Assembly: GCA_963977445.1 (NCBI GenBank)
Contig: CAXBPH010000248.1
Span: forward strand, 1 to 10,400
Origin: an uncultured bacterium
GTDB taxonomy: Bacteria; Hydrogenedentota; Hydrogenedentia; Hydrogenedentales; JAEUWI01
Direction of reading: 5' to 3'
Length of the DNA: 10,400 nucleotides
The notes below the pieces were generated by a model. That model ran no database searches. It saw only the letters and a list, made by a program, of their open reading frames with translations, and had not been told where the DNA came from. Both the position numbers and the translations under genes were made by a program. The stretch's first letter is position 1; each line of letters opens with the position of its first letter. Of the stretch, positions 7,436 through 10,400 are shown piece by piece.

Positions 7436-7487
7436 CCAGCCCGCAGCCCATTACTTTGGGCCTACGGTAGCAAAGCCACCGGGCTGG
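7436..7487 (-). other. Nested inverted repeats in the oleD-downstream spacer (possible structured RNA element)
   Basis: An outer stem 7436-7443/7480-7487 (8 bp perfect) encloses two small hairpins, 7445-7462 and 7466-7480. The function is unknown. Confidence 0.4.
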
Positions 7488-7488
7488 A

Positions 7489-8490
7489 TCAATTGGATGT
7501 CGTGGCGGTCTTCAGGTAGTTCGTCAGTCGTTCCATGCCTTCAGCCATGGAGACGACGGGGGCGTAGCCCAGATCACGCTTGGCGGCGTCGATGTTATAC
7601 CAGTGCGCCGTGGCCAGTTGGCGGGCGACGAACCGGGTCATCATGGGTTCCTCTTTTTTGCCCAGCAGGCAGTATATACCTTCCATCAGGGCACCCGCGC
7701 CATAGGCCACACCTGGGGGGACGGACTTCGTCACCGGTGGGAGGTCGGCGGCCGCAAGGATCTGATTGAGCAGGTCCTTCATGGCGATGGGTTCGTCATT
7801 GGAGATGAAGTAGGCGTTACCTGCGCATTCAGCGCCATTTTGGAGGTTGTCGGCGGCAGCGAGATGGGCAGCAGCGGCGTTGTCGATGTAGGTGGCGTCG
7901 ACCCGGTTGGTACCGTCACCCACGAGCTTCAATTTGCCCGCTTTTGCCCGGGAGACAATGCGGGGGACGAGGTGGTTGTCCCCGGGGCCCCAGATGAGGT
8001 GGGGGCGGAGAGCGACGGTTGCGAGTTGGTCGCTATTGGCCTCCAATACCTCATATTCCGCCTGGGCCTTTGTTTTGGGATAGTTGCAGAGGAAATCGGC
8101 GGCGTAGGGGATAGATTCGTCTACACCGTCTTCGTCTTCTCCAGCGAAGGTGATGCTGGGACTGCTGGTATGGACCAGGTACTTGATGTTGTTTTTTTTG
8201 CAGGCATTGATGACACTGCGTGTGCCCGTTACGTTGGCCTGGAAGTAGTCGTCATAGCTGCCCCAGACACCCGCTTTGGCCGCGACATGGAAAACTAAAT
8301 CGCAGCCTTCAGCCGCTTTGGCGACGGCTTCTCCATCGGCCAGATCAGCATGAATGCAGCTGACGCCTTTTTCTTCGAGGTCGGGATAGGTGCCACGGGA
8401 AATACTGCGAACCGTTTCACCACGGGCCAACAGGAGATCGATAATTGCCCCGCCGAGGAATCCACCGCCGCCGGTTACGAGTACAGTCAT
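7489..8490 (-). CDS. oleD: 2-alkyl-3-oxoalkanoate reductase OleD (3-beta-HSD-type extended SDR)
   Basis: Rossmann motif VTGGGGFLG, FHVAAKAGVWG, TSSPS, catalytic YPKTK, LRPHLIWGPGDNHL and TRFVARQLATAHW. It is translationally coupled (TAATG) to oleC. Confidence 0.85.
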   Translation of the reverse strand: MTVLVTGGGGFLGGAIIDLLLARGETVRSISRGTYPDLEEKGVSCIHADLADGEAVAKAAEGCDLVFHVAAKAGVWGSYDDYFQANVTGTRSVINACKKNNIKYLVHTSSPSITFAGEDEDGVDESIPYAADFLCNYPKTKAQAEYEVLEANSDQLATVALRPHLIWGPGDNHLVPRIVSRAKAGKLKLVGDGTNRVDATYIDNAAAAHLAAADNLQNGAECAGNAYFISNDEPIAMKDLLNQILAAADLPPVTKSVPPGVAYGAGALMEGIYCLLGKKEEPMMTRFVARQLATAHWYNIDAAKRDLGYAPVVSMAEGMERLTNYLKTATTSN

Positions 8491-10157
8491 TAAAACTTAT
8501 CCTTTGCCCATTCGGCGAGTTCTTCGCGGAAGATCTTGGCATTGTGACGCACATCCACGGGGAAGGCCGCGTGGAAGAGAAAATTATGGATGGGCCGGGT
8601 GATATCGTGTTTGCCACCAATGGCCTTCAATTCGTTGATAAGCGCTTCGTCGTCGAGGTCACCGGTGTCGCTGGATTTTTCGACGCAGAGCACTGGTATG
8701 GTGATACCGCTTTTCTTCACCCCCACGAGAGCCGTGCGCTTGACCGCAGGGTGGGTGTTGAAGATGCGCTCCACGGGGATGGTAAAGAGGGTGCCGTCGG
8801 GCGTGACCACGCGATGGGCTTTGCGGCCACACATCCAGAGTCGTCCCTGCTCGTCGAAGTAGCCCACGTCGCCCATACGGTGATAGATGATACCCAGCTC
8901 GGGGTGCTTAATCTTCGCCAGCTTTGTCGAATCGGAGCGATTGTAGTAGGCCTTGGTTACCACGGGACCGGTGACCGTGATTTCGCCGATTTCCCCCTGG
9001 GCGCAGTGCAGTTTGTCGCTCCAGTGTTCTATGGGGTCGTCGGATATCTTGATGATGGAGGCTTCCACGCCGTGGACCGTTCGCCCGACGCAGACCCCTG
9101 CACCGTTGTTGGTGGCTTCAACCGTTTCGCCGAGTTGCTCCTTGGTGCCGATGAAGGAGACCGGGAGGGCTTCGGTTGCGCCATAGGAGGGGAAGATCTC
9201 TACGTTGTCGGGCAAGAGCTTTACAAAACGGGCCAGGGAGGGGTTGCTCGCTGGGGCACCTGCCGATATTACGCGCTTGAGCGAGGGAAAGGTCACGCCG
9301 TTGGCGATGCCATGTTTGCCCACCAGCTCAATGAGCGCGGGCGAGGCAAAAAGGTTTGTCGCTTCGTTGTCATGGATAGCATCGATAATATGCTGGGGAT
9401 TTGATGCGGCCGGTTCACTGGCATCCATATCGGGGATAATGGCCGCCATGCCGAGGGCGGGTCCGAAAAGGGCAAAGAGCGGAAAGGTCGCGAGGTCTTT
9501 TTCGCCGGGGGTGATGTTGTAGTCTTCCCGGAGGATATTGACCTGGGCGTTAAAAACTTCGTGGGTATAGACCGCACCCTTGGGGATGCCCGTGCTGCCG
9601 CTGGTGAAAAGAATCGCGGCGGTTTCGTCGGCTTTTGGCTCGATGGGGGCGAAGGTCTTCGACTCCTTCAGCGTGATGCCGGCGAGGGTGTAGCCGCCCC
9701 AGAGGAGTTTGCGACCCACCGTGACGAGGATTTTGAGGGTCGGCTTGCCCCAGCCGAAGAGGGCGCGCGCGGCGTGGGCCTTGGGGATGCCAATGAAGGC
9801 GTGGGGTTCCGCTTCGGCCAGGCAGGTCTTGAGGTTTTTGATACCCATGCCGGGGTCGACGAATACGGGAACGGCACCCACTTTGAAAAGGGCGAAGGTC
9901 AGGGCAAAGAAATCCAGGCTGGGCTTCACCATGAGGACCGTGCGCACGCCGCGAGAAATGCCAATGCGGTCGAGGCCATGGGCAATGCGGTCGCTGGCGT
10001 CGTCGAGTTCGCCCAGGGTGTAGGTGGCGTAGGTATGCTTGCCGGTTGTGCCGCCGGGTTGCTGGACGGATACCGCCAGGTGGTCGGGATGTTCCGCTGC
10101 CATGCGGGGGAGATGGGCGGCGATATTGCCGGTAAATGGGGTCGTTTCGGTCGTCAT
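8490..10157 (-). CDS. oleC: Olefin beta-lactone synthetase OleC (ANL adenylate-forming family)
   Basis: P-loop FTSGSTGIPKG, FALFKVGAVPVFVDPGMG, TFPLFALFGPALG, SAGAP, YGATEALPV, HRMGDVG, CGRKAHRV and the OleC-type C-terminus FPVDVRHNAKI. An oleD-like gene follows directly. There is no N-terminal OleB fusion. Confidence 0.9.
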   Translation of the reverse strand: MTTETTPFTGNIAAHLPRMAAEHPDHLAVSVQQPGGTTGKHTYATYTLGELDDASDRIAHGLDRIGISRGVRTVLMVKPSLDFFALTFALFKVGAVPVFVDPGMGIKNLKTCLAEAEPHAFIGIPKAHAARALFGWGKPTLKILVTVGRKLLWGGYTLAGITLKESKTFAPIEPKADETAAILFTSGSTGIPKGAVYTHEVFNAQVNILREDYNITPGEKDLATFPLFALFGPALGMAAIIPDMDASEPAASNPQHIIDAIHDNEATNLFASPALIELVGKHGIANGVTFPSLKRVISAGAPASNPSLARFVKLLPDNVEIFPSYGATEALPVSFIGTKEQLGETVEATNNGAGVCVGRTVHGVEASIIKISDDPIEHWSDKLHCAQGEIGEITVTGPVVTKAYYNRSDSTKLAKIKHPELGIIYHRMGDVGYFDEQGRLWMCGRKAHRVVTPDGTLFTIPVERIFNTHPAVKRTALVGVKKSGITIPVLCVEKSSDTGDLDDEALINELKAIGGKHDITRPIHNFLFHAAFPVDVRHNAKIFREELAEWAKDKF

Positions 10158-10164
10158 GATGCTG

Positions 10165-10169
10165 TCCTC
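10165..10169 (-). promoter_or_regulatory. Shine-Dalgarno site (GAGGA) of oleC
   Basis: The minus strand reads CGAGGACAGCATC-ATG, a 7-nt spacer to the ATG at 10157. Confidence 0.7.
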
Positions 10170-10205
10170 GTTGGTTGCCCCGAAGTCTTGCCGTCTGGTC
10201 TGTCT

Positions 10206-10211
10206 ATTCTA
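10206..10211 (-). promoter_or_regulatory. Candidate sigma70 -10 element (TAGAAT) for oleC
   Basis: 5/6 match to TATAAT about 50 nt upstream of the oleC start. No convincing -35 is present at a 16-18 nt spacing. Confidence 0.4.
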
Positions 10212-10363
10212 CCCCGGAACGGGGGGTAATATTCGAGGGCAGCGGGGATTCTTTTGGGGACGGGGGATGGGGACTGCACCGACATGGCGACTTCGTGGTT
10301 GCGGTGCGTCGTCTTGGTTCCGATGGGGAATGAGGGTAGCGTGAGGAAATCTAACAGTCGGGG

Positions 10364-10400
10364 CCGTCCCCCTGAGTGTCACCTGCCCTCAGGGGGACGG
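10364..10400. repeat. Perfect 13-bp inverted repeat (hairpin); terminator-like or REP-like
   Basis: CCGTCCCCCTGAG (10364-10376) and CTCAGGGGGACGG (10388-10400) enclose an 11-nt loop. The stem may extend past the window edge. No U-tract follows it on the minus strand. Confidence 0.7.

Noticed and set aside
8192..8199. T8 homopolymer in oleD as a phase-variation tract
   Set aside because: It simply encodes Lys-Lys-Asn in frame, and the gene is intact.
8445..9404. 319-aa plus-strand ORF, and similar ones at 7603-8298, 9561-10229 and 2099-2704
   Set aside because: These are antisense shadows of well-supported minus-strand genes. They show no recognisable motifs and are expected in GC-rich coding DNA.
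10342..10352. TGAGGAAATCT also occurs on the minus strand just upstream of the GNAT gene (~1647-1657)
   Set aside because: A single 11-nt match in 10 kb is compatible with chance, and one copy is explained as an SD region.

Overview
Bacterial DNA, moderately GC-rich, with nine consecutive protein-coding genes, all on the minus strand. In transcription order: oleC (beta-lactone synthetase), oleD (2-alkyl-3-oxoalkanoate reductase), a 244-aa membrane hypothetical, a 620-aa fusion (MsrQ/ferric-reductase-like membrane domain + Rieske [2Fe-2S] + a membrane-anchored Cys/His domain), a DinB-family protein, an NRDE/TANGO2-family protein, a DedA/VTT + ATP-grasp ligase fusion, an OlsB-like GNAT N-acyltransferase, and a PlsC/OlsA-like acyltransferase. 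The last gene runs off the left edge and is absent from the supplied ORF track. The most interesting reading (inference) is an extended aminolipid/peptidolipid pathway: an OlsB/OlsA-like pair plus a ligase-flippase fusion, an Ntn-type NRDE protein and a redox module, placed directly behind an oleCD pair with no adjacent oleB. Two intergenic spacers and the region upstream of oleC contain notable inverted repeats. No RNA genes, mobile elements or CRISPR arrays are evident. All family calls come from motif recognition, not from database searches.
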